From assembly GCA_964428315.1 (NCBI GenBank), contig CAYRXT010000007.1:5407-69406 (forward strand): a stretch of 64,000 nt of DNA, read 5' to 3'. The DNA comes from an uncultured Planctomycetales bacterium. GTDB taxonomy: Bacteria > Omnitrophota > Gorgyraeia > Zapsychrales > CAYRXT01. The translations under genes and the position numbers were made by a program. Below are positions 25,222 through 35,081 of this stretch, in pieces; positions within the stretch are counted from its first letter, which is position 1; every line of letters begins with the position of its first letter. The notes under the pieces were generated by a model that worked only from the letters and a program-made list of their open reading frames with translations, was not told where the DNA came from and searched no databases.

Positions 25222-26448
25222 TTAAAAATATTCCTGGTAAAGCTCCTGTACGCGTTCGAGGATCTTCCGGGATAAGGCGAGTTTATTTGAGCCCCCTCCG
25301 CCGATGACATCTGAATCCCGGCAGGCCGCCTGGGCCAGTCCCACCGCCGCCGCGTAAACGGCGGGTCTGTTCAGCCGGTTCAATTCGATATTGACCTTGC
25401 CAAGCCGGACTTCAAAGGGAAACCTCTCCTCGATATATTCTATGAAACCCGGCAGCAGGCAACTGCCTCCGGATACCACCATCCCCGCATTGAGCATGCG
25501 CAGAAGCGATGGATCCTCCAGCGCCTTCTGTATACGGTCGACCAGCGCGCTGACCTGCGGGCGTATAGCCCGGTTGATGACTGTCCTGGATAGAGGTTTA
25601 TACGTCTTCTCCTGTTTGACCAGAATGTCTTCATGCCGCTCTTCCCCGTGATCCTTCGCTTCCCCGTACGACTGCTTGATGTCCTCGGCAAGATCAAAAG
25701 GAAGTCCCAATTCCTTTACGATCGCTTCGGTGATGTGATCCCCGCCCATCGGAAGGATGACCGCCCGGCGAAGTCGTTCATCCTTATAAACGATCAGAGA
25801 AGTTACAGATGCGCCGATATCGACAAACACACATCCCGCCATCCGGTTTTTTTCCGAAAGTGAGGCCTCGGCCGCCGCATAGCTTGAGAAAAAGACATGC
25901 TCAGCCTCAAAACCCGCCTGATTGACCGCCTTAATAAAATTCTTTTTAAGATTGGACTTAACCAGTACCATCAAACATTGGGTCTCGAGCCGCCGGCCGT
26001 GCAAGCCGACGGGGTGGATCGCCTCGGTCGTATCGTCGATCAAATAATACTGCGGAAAGGCGTGCAGGACGTCCTCATCCGTCTTTAGTCCCAGAAGACA
26101 CGTCTGTTTATGGATACGCCGGACATCGCCGGTTGTGATCACTTTCGAGCCCCGGTCAAGGAGAGGGATGATCGTTCCGCTCACCCGCGTTTGCACCAAA
26201 GGTCCGGCCATGCCGAGTTGGACATCCTTAATCTTGCGTCCGATCTTCTTGGAAAGACTTTTCAACGTCTGATGGATATTGTCGGAAAAGTCATTCAGAT
26301 CGCGTATGGCGTTGTCCTCCAGGCAGACGCCGGGGGATTCATGGACTCCAATCAGTTGCGGGCCGCCTCGTTTTTTCTGCACTACGGCACCGGCCTTGAT
26401 CTTCCGGGAACCGATATCCAGCCCAACGTGAATGCGTTCACCGATCAT
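25222..26448 (-). CDS. ftsA: Cell division protein FtsA.
   Basis: Actin-like ATPase motifs (HVGLDIGS…, …DIGASVTSLIV…). Confidence 0.9.
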   Translation of the reverse strand: MIGERIHVGLDIGSRKIKAGAVVQKKRGGPQLIGVHESPGVCLEDNAIRDLNDFSDNIHQTLKSLSKKIGRKIKDVQLGMAGPLVQTRVSGTIIPLLDRGSKVITTGDVRRIHKQTCLLGLKTDEDVLHAFPQYYLIDDTTEAIHPVGLHGRRLETQCLMVLVKSNLKKNFIKAVNQAGFEAEHVFFSSYAAAEASLSEKNRMAGCVFVDIGASVTSLIVYKDERLRRAVILPMGGDHITEAIVKELGLPFDLAEDIKQSYGEAKDHGEERHEDILVKQEKTYKPLSRTVINRAIRPQVSALVDRIQKALEDPSLLRMLNAGMVVSGGSCLLPGFIEYIEERFPFEVRLGKVNIELNRLNRPAVYAAAVGLAQAACRDSDVIGGGGSNKLALSRKILERVQELYQEYF

Positions 26449-27238
26449 TTTTTTTGCCTATGGGTTGATTAAAGCGCAGATCGATGGATTCTATTTCCCC
26501 GGCATCCACCCTGGCACGCGAAAGGACCTGCCCCAATTTATTCAGTTTGTCCGGTATACTTTCCGCATCCAGCAACACCTTCAAACCGTTGGAAAGAAAA
26601 AGCCGGATCTGAGAAAGCCGGGACATGTCGAGTTCGAGGATCCGGTAATCAGACAAAAGCGGTTCCCTGGCAAACGCCCGGATAAGATGCACGGCAACAC
26701 GCAAAGGTCCGTTGGAAACTCTTCTGCCTTTCTCAACGGGGATCCGTCCGATATCCAATCCGGTCACCAGAGGCAGAGACGAATCCGTAGCGGCCGATGT
26801 ATCCAGTGCCACCATTTCCGCATCCATTGTGATATGGTATCCCCTGATCCTGGCTTGGAGGAAAGGTTTCCTCTCTTTTGCCTGGATCCATAATGTGTCC
26901 GGAAATTGCTTTATCACCTGCAACTGGAAGAGCTGGGGATGCCCGGATTTCAACTGTTGACGGACGGCCTTCACGTCAATGGAAAAGAGGCTCTTGCCCT
27001 TAAGCCCTTCCAGTCTCTCGATATGCCGTGGAGAAATAGATGCCGGATAGATAATTCTTTTAGCGGTGAAATAATCCGACTCTTTCATGCCCGCGACCAA
27101 CTTCTCAATGGTCAAAAAGAGCGCAAAAAAAACGAAGAGAAACAGCACGGCATTCCTTATCCATTTTACGGATATCCGTGATGTGTTGCGGGCAGAGGTC
27201 CTAGAAGACCCTTTGCGCGTATTTTTCTTTTTTGCCAT
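26438..27238 (-). CDS. ftsQ: Cell division protein FtsQ/DivIB (POTRA).
   Basis: Cytoplasmic basic tail, one TM, POTRA and FtsQ-type domains. Confidence 0.75.
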   Translation of the reverse strand: MAKKKNTRKGSSRTSARNTSRISVKWIRNAVLFLFVFFALFLTIEKLVAGMKESDYFTAKRIIYPASISPRHIERLEGLKGKSLFSIDVKAVRQQLKSGHPQLFQLQVIKQFPDTLWIQAKERKPFLQARIRGYHITMDAEMVALDTSAATDSSLPLVTGLDIGRIPVEKGRRVSNGPLRVAVHLIRAFAREPLLSDYRILELDMSRLSQIRLFLSNGLKVLLDAESIPDKLNKLGQVLSRARVDAGEIESIDLRFNQPIGKKNDR

Positions 27239-28175
27239 AAGCTAATCCTACTAATTGCATGCAAAGTTCGGGAAAACTGATATCCGCCGCCGCTGCCGCC
27301 ATGGGCAGCAGGCTCGTGGCCGTAAAGCCTGGAACGGTGTTAATCTCCATGACAAAGGGGTGATCCTGACGATCAAGCATGAGGTCGACACGAGCATAAT
27401 CCGAACATCCCAGGCTCATAAAGGCCTTTTGAGCGGTATCTTGAACCAACCGGGTAACGTCCTTCGCCATCGGTGCGGGCACCAAGTATTCGGTCATTCC
27501 CTTTTCGTATTTGGCGGCAAAATCGAAAAAGGCGTTTCCCGGCCGGATTTCGACCACAGGCAAAGGCTGTCCGTCCAGGATACCGACCGTGAGCTCCCTT
27601 CCCTTTATATATTGCTCCACAAGGACGCGCTCATCATAGCCGAAGGCCACGTCGCAGGCGGAGGGCAGGCCTGTTTTGTCCCGCACGATAGTGACGCCGA
27701 TACTGGATCCTTCCCGGGCCGGTTTGACGACCACGGGAAAGAGGTCATGTCTTTGCATGGTGATCTCCCCGGCCTTTGCGGCGTCCTTTTCCAGGACAAA
27801 AAAATCGGCGACAGGGATGCCTTGGTCCCGGAATCTCGTCTGCGCGGCAATCTTGTCGATGGCCAGACGGCTGGCTTCGATTCCAGATCCCGTGTAGGGG
27901 ATCTTCCATTTTTCCAAAAGGGCCTGTATGCGGCCGTCCTCGCCGAAACGGCCGTGCAGGGCGATAAAAGCGACCTCACAGCCTCCCCCTGTAAGAAGGG
28001 CATAGAGCTCGTCCGAATCCTGCGAGGCTAGAATGATCTCGCGCGTGCAGCATCCGGCATCAGTTAGGGCCTGCGCGACCGCATGCCCCGACTTCAGGGA
28101 GATATCCCGCTCGGAAGAATCGCCGCCCATAATTACGCCGATGCGACCCAGTTCTTTTGCCCTCGCCGCCTTCAT
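27201..28175 (-). CDS. ddl: D-alanine--D-alanine ligase.
   Basis: ATP-grasp Ddl motifs throughout. Confidence 0.9.
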   Translation of the reverse strand: MKAARAKELGRIGVIMGGDSSERDISLKSGHAVAQALTDAGCCTREIILASQDSDELYALLTGGGCEVAFIALHGRFGEDGRIQALLEKWKIPYTGSGIEASRLAIDKIAAQTRFRDQGIPVADFFVLEKDAAKAGEITMQRHDLFPVVVKPAREGSSIGVTIVRDKTGLPSACDVAFGYDERVLVEQYIKGRELTVGILDGQPLPVVEIRPGNAFFDFAAKYEKGMTEYLVPAPMAKDVTRLVQDTAQKAFMSLGCSDYARVDLMLDRQDHPFVMEINTVPGFTATSLLPMAAAAADISFPELCMQLVGLAYGKKEKYAQRVF

Positions 28176-29569
28176 CGTTGTCCCTCACCCGACGGGCTCT
28201 TTTTGACAAGACTATCCTTGAGCTTCGCCTGCAGTTCTTCGCCGACCTGAACGATATCCCCGGCGCCTAAAGTTAAAACCAGATCACCCTGTCGAATAAC
28301 CTTCATCAGTCTGTCCACGATCCCTTCTTTCTTCACGTACTCAACGGGAAAACCGTTCCTGGCCTTAATGGCCTTGCACAGCGCCTCAACGCTAAGACCG
28401 CCTATAGGTTCCTCGTTGGCCGCGTAGATATCCGTTACAATAAGATAATCAATTCCTTCAAAACATCCGGGAAACATGTCGAAAAGAAATTTTGTCCGGG
28501 AATAACGGTGTGGCTGAAATACCGCGACAACCCTTCCGTGACCCAACGATTGGGCAGCCTTAAGCGTCTCCCGGATCTCATTAGGATGGTGGGCGTAGTC
28601 GTCCACGATCATGATCCCCCCGACCTCTCCCTTTTGTTGAAAACGCCGCTCGACCCCCATGTACGTCCTAAGGCTTTCCTTAATCAGATCAAAATCGATC
28701 TCCAGGGCCAGGCCTACCCCGACCGCGGCCAGGGCGTTGAGGACATTATGCCGTCCCGGCATCTGTAAGACGATCTCACCACAAGGTTTACCTTCAAGAA
28801 AACAGCGGAACCGGCTTCCGAAACCCTCGAGAAGGACATCTCCGGCGGACAAATGACATTGTCGGGAGAATCCGTACGTAAAAACCTCTCTGCGCACCCC
28901 TTTAGCCAGTTCTACCAGCCGCGCGTCTTCACCGCAAACGATTAAACGTCCGTGCGCTTTGGTATTCTTCATGAACCGGCCGTAGGCCGACAGTATATTA
29001 TCCCAGTTGCGGAAATAATCAACATGTTCGTAATCGATATTGGTGATCACCGCGTAAGTAGGCTCAAACAACAAAAAAGAACCGTCGCTCTCATCCAATT
29101 CAGCGATGAAATACTTGCCTGCGCCCATTCGCGCGTGATAGGTGTCATCCTTGACGATCCCCCCGACCAAGGCGGTCGGATCCAAACCGCCGGCGATCAA
29201 AACGCGGGCTATCATCGAAGACGTTGTGGTTTTGCCGTGCGCACCGGCCACCGTGACGCCGGTCTCGCGATTCAAGAGTCCGGCCAGGACCTCGGCCCTC
29301 TTTTTGACCGGGATGCCTTTTTCTCCGGCGGCCACCAGCTCGGGATTATCGGGCGGTATGGCCGATGAACAGACGACGCAATCGGCCGAACCGACATTCC
29401 TCCCCTTATGGCCGATGCAAACCGTCGCGCCGCGCCCAGCCAGGAATCTGGTAAAAAAGCCTTCTTTGATGTCGGAACCGCTGACCGTCATCCCTTTGTC
29501 CATCAGGAGAGAGGCGATGGTTCCCATGCCCATCCCGCCGATACCGACAAAATGATAATGCGTTTTCAT
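28172..29569 (-). CDS. murC: UDP-N-acetylmuramate--L-alanine ligase.
   Basis: Mur ligase with GAHGKTTT. The preferred start is MKTHYHFVGIGG at 29569. Confidence 0.9.
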   Translation of the reverse strand: MKTHYHFVGIGGMGMGTIASLLMDKGMTVSGSDIKEGFFTRFLAGRGATVCIGHKGRNVGSADCVVCSSAIPPDNPELVAAGEKGIPVKKRAEVLAGLLNRETGVTVAGAHGKTTTSSMIARVLIAGGLDPTALVGGIVKDDTYHARMGAGKYFIAELDESDGSFLLFEPTYAVITNIDYEHVDYFRNWDNILSAYGRFMKNTKAHGRLIVCGEDARLVELAKGVRREVFTYGFSRQCHLSAGDVLLEGFGSRFRCFLEGKPCGEIVLQMPGRHNVLNALAAVGVGLALEIDFDLIKESLRTYMGVERRFQQKGEVGGIMIVDDYAHHPNEIRETLKAAQSLGHGRVVAVFQPHRYSRTKFLFDMFPGCFEGIDYLIVTDIYAANEEPIGGLSVEALCKAIKARNGFPVEYVKKEGIVDRLMKVIRQGDLVLTLGAGDIVQVGEELQAKLKDSLVKKSPSGEGQR

Positions 29570-29589
29570 GAAAGACCCGCCGTGAGGCA

Positions 29590-30375
29590 TCAATTGCGTT
29601 TCAAATACTCGATCCAGGCGCTGTTTAGATCTTCAAGGTCCTCGAAACGGTAATACGCTGAGTAGACGGCGCCGTCCAAGGACAAGCCTTCTTTTAGGTT
29701 TCTGCAGAGCTTGACAAATTTGTATTTTCCGTGTTCGGTAATCAGATAATACACTATGCTGGCAGCCTCGGCATAAAAAAGGTTCACCTTTTCCCGGGGT
29801 GTACGGCGTGTCAAACGCACATGGCTAAGCTCGCTCAGAGGGATGAAGGACCCATCCTCAATGGCGGCCTTCACGATCTTGTTGGCGCCCCACCGCTTGG
29901 CCTTTTCCTGGTACATCGCCACGCCCTCATCCAGCCACAGGGGGCTGCTGGCTCGGAAACCAATAAATTCACGGAAGACGATGTGGCCCAGTTCATGAGG
30001 CAGGGTTGTATCAAAGAACCCGTGCATGGTCGGATAGGTCCTTATGAGCTTGTCCGCCGCCGAAGCGACCCCGGACGACCAGCGCGCCTGTTTCGCGGAT
30101 TCATAATAATCCTCGTCATCATCGTAGATATAGATCTTCGCGCGTTCATCCCATGACCAGGCGTTCGTCCGGCTGAACCCAAGATTGTTCGTCACCTGCT
30201 GGTAATAGTACTCGGCGGTCTCTTCCACCGTCTTGACAAAATCTTCCGGGACATCCTTGTAATAAATGAGAAAATGGGATCCCCTGTATTCTTTCCATTC
30301 CTCCTGCGCCCGGGCCAAAACACTGGACAATATAAGTAAAACACCTATGATAAGTATCCGTCGACGGGTTCTCAT
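29590..30375 (-). CDS. Secreted Peptidase_MA_2-like (HEXXH gluzincin-like) protein embedded in the dcw operon where murB normally sits.
   Basis: Signal peptide MRTRRRILIIGVLLILSSVLARAQ; HELGH…LWLDEGVAMYQE. The stop overlaps the murC region and the start overlaps the murG stop by 4 nt. Confidence 0.55.
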   Translation of the reverse strand: MRTRRRILIIGVLLILSSVLARAQEEWKEYRGSHFLIYYKDVPEDFVKTVEETAEYYYQQVTNNLGFSRTNAWSWDERAKIYIYDDDEDYYESAKQARWSSGVASAADKLIRTYPTMHGFFDTTLPHELGHIVFREFIGFRASSPLWLDEGVAMYQEKAKRWGANKIVKAAIEDGSFIPLSELSHVRLTRRTPREKVNLFYAEAASIVYYLITEHGKYKFVKLCRNLKEGLSLDGAVYSAYYRFEDLEDLNSAWIEYLKRN

Positions 30376-31451
30376 TCTTTTTTTCGCGTTATCTCGCTAG
30401 CCAGCCGCAGCGTTGCGTCCGAAAGAAATGTGCGTACGGACTTATGTACCCCCGGCTTTGCGGGCATTCCTCCCTTAAAAAGTATATCGACAATCTCCTC
30501 TTTAAGCAAACGAGGATTGGTCTGATTTTGTTCCAGGATGCGGACGATTCCGGTCTCCTTCAATAATTGGGCATTCTCCATTTGATGCCCCCCTGCAAAA
30601 GGATAGGGGATCAAAATGGCGGGCGTGCGGAAGCAAGACAGTTCGCTGACCGTCAAGGCGCCAGCACGGGAAACAACCAGATCCGCCAAGGCATAGGCCT
30701 CTTCCATGGCCTCCAGGAAACTGAACAGACAGCAATGGATCCCGGCTTTCGTATATGCCTCTGTCAACGACACGAAGTCGACGCTTCCGCAGATATGGAT
30801 CACCCCAAAATCGTGATGCTCCTTCAGAATCTTAACGGCCTCGAAAAATTGCCGGTTGATAAACTGCGCGCCCTGGCTGCCGCCGAATACGAGAATAACT
30901 GGGATATTGTCCCTGATTCCATATTTCCTGCGCAATTCGGACGGGCTCACATCGATACCGCGCAGATGGATGGGGCATCCGGTCAGGACAGTTTTCTTCT
31001 CCGTGAAATACCGCCGCGTCCGGCTAAAACTGATGGCGATCTTGTCGACCCGGCCGGCCAGGATACGGTTGGCGCGTCCCGGCACAACGTTCTGTTCATG
31101 GATGACAGTCGCAATCCCCATCCTCTGGGCCGCCAAAACGACCGGGAACGAGGCATAACTCCCGAAACCCACCACAACATCAGGATTGAATCTATGCAAT
31201 TCTTCTCGGGCTCGGCGGTAACCGGCGACCATCTTAGCGCAAAATGGAAGCAACGTCCACGGCCGGACAACCGCTAAACCACTGACCCGCACTCCGACAA
31301 CCTCATGTCCGTAACGCCGGACCAGCCGCTCGCCTTCGCCTGCCGAGGCAAAAAAAAGGATCCCGTGACGCTCCTTTTGAAGTGCGCTGGCGACACTCAG
31401 GGCCGGAAAGATATGGCCTCCCGATCCTCCCGTCGCCAGTACTATGCGCAT
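30372..31451 (-). CDS. murG: UDP-GlcNAc:undecaprenyl-PP-MurNAc-pentapeptide GlcNAc transferase.
   Basis: MurG N-terminus GGSGGHIFPAL. Confidence 0.9.
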   Translation of the reverse strand: MRIVLATGGSGGHIFPALSVASALQKERHGILFFASAGEGERLVRRYGHEVVGVRVSGLAVVRPWTLLPFCAKMVAGYRRAREELHRFNPDVVVGFGSYASFPVVLAAQRMGIATVIHEQNVVPGRANRILAGRVDKIAISFSRTRRYFTEKKTVLTGCPIHLRGIDVSPSELRRKYGIRDNIPVILVFGGSQGAQFINRQFFEAVKILKEHHDFGVIHICGSVDFVSLTEAYTKAGIHCCLFSFLEAMEEAYALADLVVSRAGALTVSELSCFRTPAILIPYPFAGGHQMENAQLLKETGIVRILEQNQTNPRLLKEEIVDILFKGGMPAKPGVHKSVRTFLSDATLRLASEITRKKE

Positions 31452-31465
31452 GTCTCTTCTCCCTT

Positions 31466-32554
31466 TTATACCTCTTCCATCCGGGAGATATTCAGCAATA
31501 ACCCCACGGCGATAAGATTAAAGACCAAGGCCGAGCCCCCGTAGCTGATAAAGGGCAGGGGCAGGCCCTTTGTCGGCAAAGCGCCGATGCTCACCCCGAT
31601 ATTAATGGCGGCCTGAAGACCGATCATCAGGATCAGGCCGGTGCTCAGATAATAGCCGAAAGGATCGCTGACCCTTTTGGCTATGCGGGCCCCCTGCCAA
31701 ATAAAAAGACTGAACAAGAATACGATAGAAAGCGTGCCCCATAATCCCAGTTCTTCGCCGACGATCGAAAGGATAAAATCCGTATGCGCGGCCGGCAAAT
31801 AGAACAGTTTCTGCATGCCCTTGCCCAGTCCCACGCCCCATACGCCGCCCGAACCAAGGGCGATCTGGGACTGCGTCAGCTGGAACCCGGCGCCGAGAGG
31901 ATCGCTCCAAGGATCGAGAAACGTCACGATCCTGGCCAGACGGTAAGAGGCTTCCAATATCAAGAAATAAAAGGCCGGTATCACCGAGGCCGCGATGAGC
32001 GCCAGATGACTTAACCGCGCACCGGCTATAAAGATCATAAGAAAATATATGATGGCGATATAAACGGTCGTCCCCATGTCCGGCTGCCGGAGAATCAAAA
32101 GGCTGAAAACTCCCAAAACAATCATCACCGGCAGGAACCCCCTGCGGAAATAGCGTATGCGGTCACGCTTGCGGCACAGGTAGTCCGCCAAGTAAATAAT
32201 CATGGCCATTTTCGCGAATTCCGATGGCTGAAAACTTAAACCTCCTGCTTTGAACCATCGCTGGGCACCGCCGATCTCCGCGCCGATACCGGGAACAAGC
32301 ACGAGGACAAGCATAGCAAAAGCGGCGGTCAAAAGCGGTTTCGCGAAATTCTGAAGTCTGCGGTAATCAAAACTCATGGCACCCAACATCAGGAAAAAAC
32401 CCGCCGTTAAAAAAAGCAGATGCCGCCTCAAATAATAACTGCTTTGGCCATGCTCCTCCAGGGCGTAAATCCCGCTCGAGGAGAATATCATCATCACTCC
32501 CGCACACATCAGGATCGAAACGATCACGGCAAGGGATATTCTTAGATCACGCAT
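31466..32554 (-). CDS. ftsW: SEDS family peptidoglycan glycosyltransferase FtsW.
   Basis: FtsW/RodA family, 10 TM helices, …GALPTKGLPLPFISYGGSAL. Confidence 0.85.
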   Translation of the reverse strand: MRDLRISLAVIVSILMCAGVMMIFSSSGIYALEEHGQSSYYLRRHLLFLTAGFFLMLGAMSFDYRRLQNFAKPLLTAAFAMLVLVLVPGIGAEIGGAQRWFKAGGLSFQPSEFAKMAMIIYLADYLCRKRDRIRYFRRGFLPVMIVLGVFSLLILRQPDMGTTVYIAIIYFLMIFIAGARLSHLALIAASVIPAFYFLILEASYRLARIVTFLDPWSDPLGAGFQLTQSQIALGSGGVWGVGLGKGMQKLFYLPAAHTDFILSIVGEELGLWGTLSIVFLFSLFIWQGARIAKRVSDPFGYYLSTGLILMIGLQAAINIGVSIGALPTKGLPLPFISYGGSALVFNLIAVGLLLNISRMEEV

Positions 32555-33837
32555 TATGTCAACCGATTAACGAGGTCCTTGAAAACGCGCCCCCGATCTT
32601 CGTAATCTTTAAACATGTCGAAACTCGCGCACATCGGACAAAGCAGAATGCAGTCGCCGGTATCGGCCAGGGCCCGGGCCCGATTGACCGCCTCCGGCAG
32701 TGTTGCGCTCTCCTCGATAGGCACTGCGCCCTTCCACGCCTTTGCCATCTTCCGACGTGCCTCACCGATCAGGACAAGGTGTTTGACCCGCGCGGCGACC
32801 ATTTCTTTGAGCTCTGTAAAATCGCTGTTCTTATCCCTGCCGCCGCTGATCATCACAATAGGTCTCTCCAGGGATTGAAGAGCCCAGCGGCCGGATTCGA
32901 CTGTCGTGGCCTTCGAATCGTTGACATATTCCACGCCGTCCAATCGGCGCACGCGTTCCAGCCGATGTTCAACGCCTTTAAAATCAAGGCACGTCTGCAG
33001 GGCCGAATCTTTCCGTATGCCCAGGATCTCCGCCACGCGGACCGCCGCCAGAAAATTAGGATTATCCGTGCCGACATCTTCTTTCTGCTGAGGGTCTGCG
33101 AAAAAGGCCACCCGGGCCTTGAGCTCTCCTTTCAAGGCGCGCAGACGTTCTTCCCCGAAATTCAAAACAGCAAAATCCTCAGCGGTCTGATTGAGAAAAA
33201 TAGTCTTTTTTGCCGCAAAATATTCGTCCATATCCGCATGCCGGTCCATATGGTTCGGGCTGAAATTCAGCCAAAGGGCTACGCGGGGGCGAAAAGACTG
33301 AATCGTTTCCAACTGAAAAGAGCTGATCTCGACGACCGCCCAGGTGTCTTTGTTCATCTTTTCCACAAAGGCGCTGAGAGGACGGCCGATGTTACCGCAC
33401 AGGCAGACCTCTTGACCTGCCGCCTCGAGAATCCGGGCAATTAACGTGGAAACGGTCGTCTTGCCGTTACTCCCGGTCACCCCGATGACCTTGCCCGGGC
33501 AAAACTGCCAGGCCAATTCCAACTCGCCGATAACAGGGATGCCTTCGCTTCTGGCCCACGCGATCACGGGAGCATTCCGGGGGACGCCCGGGCTCACAAC
33601 AACCATATAGCTGCCTCGAATAAATTGTTCGCGATGTCCTCCGAACTCAACGGCCACCCTGTGCCTCTCCGGCCATTCCCGAAAGGCGGCATGGATTGTC
33701 TGATCATCTTTCTGCTCGGAGATTTTTACGCGTCCGCCCTCGCGCAGGACCAGGGATGCCGCCGCCTGTCCGCTGCGGGCGAACCCCACAACCGTCACTA
33801 TCTTGTCTTCTAACAGTACGTTCGAAAAGGACCGCAT
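32554..33837 (-). CDS. murD: UDP-N-acetylmuramoylalanine--D-glutamate ligase.
   Basis: GVTGSNGKTT; MurD architecture. Confidence 0.9.
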   Translation of the reverse strand: MRSFSNVLLEDKIVTVVGFARSGQAAASLVLREGGRVKISEQKDDQTIHAAFREWPERHRVAVEFGGHREQFIRGSYMVVVSPGVPRNAPVIAWARSEGIPVIGELELAWQFCPGKVIGVTGSNGKTTVSTLIARILEAAGQEVCLCGNIGRPLSAFVEKMNKDTWAVVEISSFQLETIQSFRPRVALWLNFSPNHMDRHADMDEYFAAKKTIFLNQTAEDFAVLNFGEERLRALKGELKARVAFFADPQQKEDVGTDNPNFLAAVRVAEILGIRKDSALQTCLDFKGVEHRLERVRRLDGVEYVNDSKATTVESGRWALQSLERPIVMISGGRDKNSDFTELKEMVAARVKHLVLIGEARRKMAKAWKGAVPIEESATLPEAVNRARALADTGDCILLCPMCASFDMFKDYEDRGRVFKDLVNRLT

Positions 33838-33869
33838 GACACCTTGTTTTCAACAGACCGGGACCGGCC

Positions 33870-34976
33870 TCAACGGATTTTCAGCGTCGTGAGCGTGATC
33901 AACGCCAGTATTATGGCCGATATCCAGAAACGGATGATAATCTTGGATTCATCCCATCCCGAAAGCTGCAGATGATGATGCAGGGGAGAAACCTTAAACA
34001 GCCGTTTCCTTCGTGTTTTAAATGAGACAACCTGTAAAATAACCGACAAGGCCTCGACAACAAAAATCCCGCCCGCGAGGACAAGCAACATCTCTTTTTT
34101 GATAAAAATGGCGATCACCCCGATCGTACCGCCAAGCGACAAAGATCCAACATCCCCCATGAAAATCGTGGCGGGGTAACAGTTGAACCACAAAAATCCC
34201 AGACTGGCCCCGAGCATGGCGGCGCAGATCACGGTCAATTCACCTGCGCCGGGCAGAAAAGGAATGAAAAGGTACTGGCTGAATGTCATATGGCCGCTGA
34301 TATAGCATAAGATGCTGAAAGTCATGGAGACAATCAGGACACACCCTATGGCCAAACCATCAAGACCATCCGTCAGGTTGACCGCATTGGATGATCCCAC
34401 AATGACCAGAATGGCAAAAAGGACATAAAATATGCCGAGATTCAGGACCAGGGCCTTGAAGAAGGGGATCTCCAGCGTCGGCGCGATAGCTGGATTCGTG
34501 TAGGCGAACCATCCGATAACCAGCCCCAGGGCGCATTGCCAAAACAGTTTCGTGCGGGCGCCCAGACCTCTTTTCATTTTCAGCGAACCGGCACCTTTTT
34601 TCTGGCGCAGCTTGATAGTATCATCCACGCATCCCAGTACGGCCAACGCGATCATGGTTAACAGCGTCATCTGGACATATTGATTGCCAAGATCTGCCCA
34701 CAATAAAACGGATAAGACAATGCTCCCTATGATAAACAGGCCTCCCATCGTAGGTGTGCCCTTCTTCTTCCCGTGAAAGGTGTCCAGCTGAGGGCAATCT
34801 TTGCGTTGGACGTCTTCATGAATACTGCGCTCTTTGAACTTCCGGATAAAAAGGGGACCGAAGATAACGCACAGCACAAAGGTCGTGATCGCGGCCATCC
34901 CCGAACGGAAGGTGATGTACCTGAAAATGTTGAAAGCAAAGAAGAGATCCCGGAAACCCGATAAGTAGTAAAACAT
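33870..34976 (-). CDS. mraY: Phospho-N-acetylmuramoyl-pentapeptide transferase.
   Basis: MraY motifs (…NAVNLTDGLDGLA…, …DVGSLSLGG…). Confidence 0.9.
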   Translation of the reverse strand: MFYYLSGFRDLFFAFNIFRYITFRSGMAAITTFVLCVIFGPLFIRKFKERSIHEDVQRKDCPQLDTFHGKKKGTPTMGGLFIIGSIVLSVLLWADLGNQYVQMTLLTMIALAVLGCVDDTIKLRQKKGAGSLKMKRGLGARTKLFWQCALGLVIGWFAYTNPAIAPTLEIPFFKALVLNLGIFYVLFAILVIVGSSNAVNLTDGLDGLAIGCVLIVSMTFSILCYISGHMTFSQYLFIPFLPGAGELTVICAAMLGASLGFLWFNCYPATIFMGDVGSLSLGGTIGVIAIFIKKEMLLVLAGGIFVVEALSVILQVVSFKTRRKRLFKVSPLHHHLQLSGWDESKIIIRFWISAIILALITLTTLKIR

Positions 34977-35081
34977 ATCTCACCTCATAGATAAGAAGTG
35001 CCTGGTATAGAATGTTTTTTGCACTGCACCCTTTGCTCCCGCTTCTTCACAAAGGCCTGATGAGTCACAACTATTTCAGCC

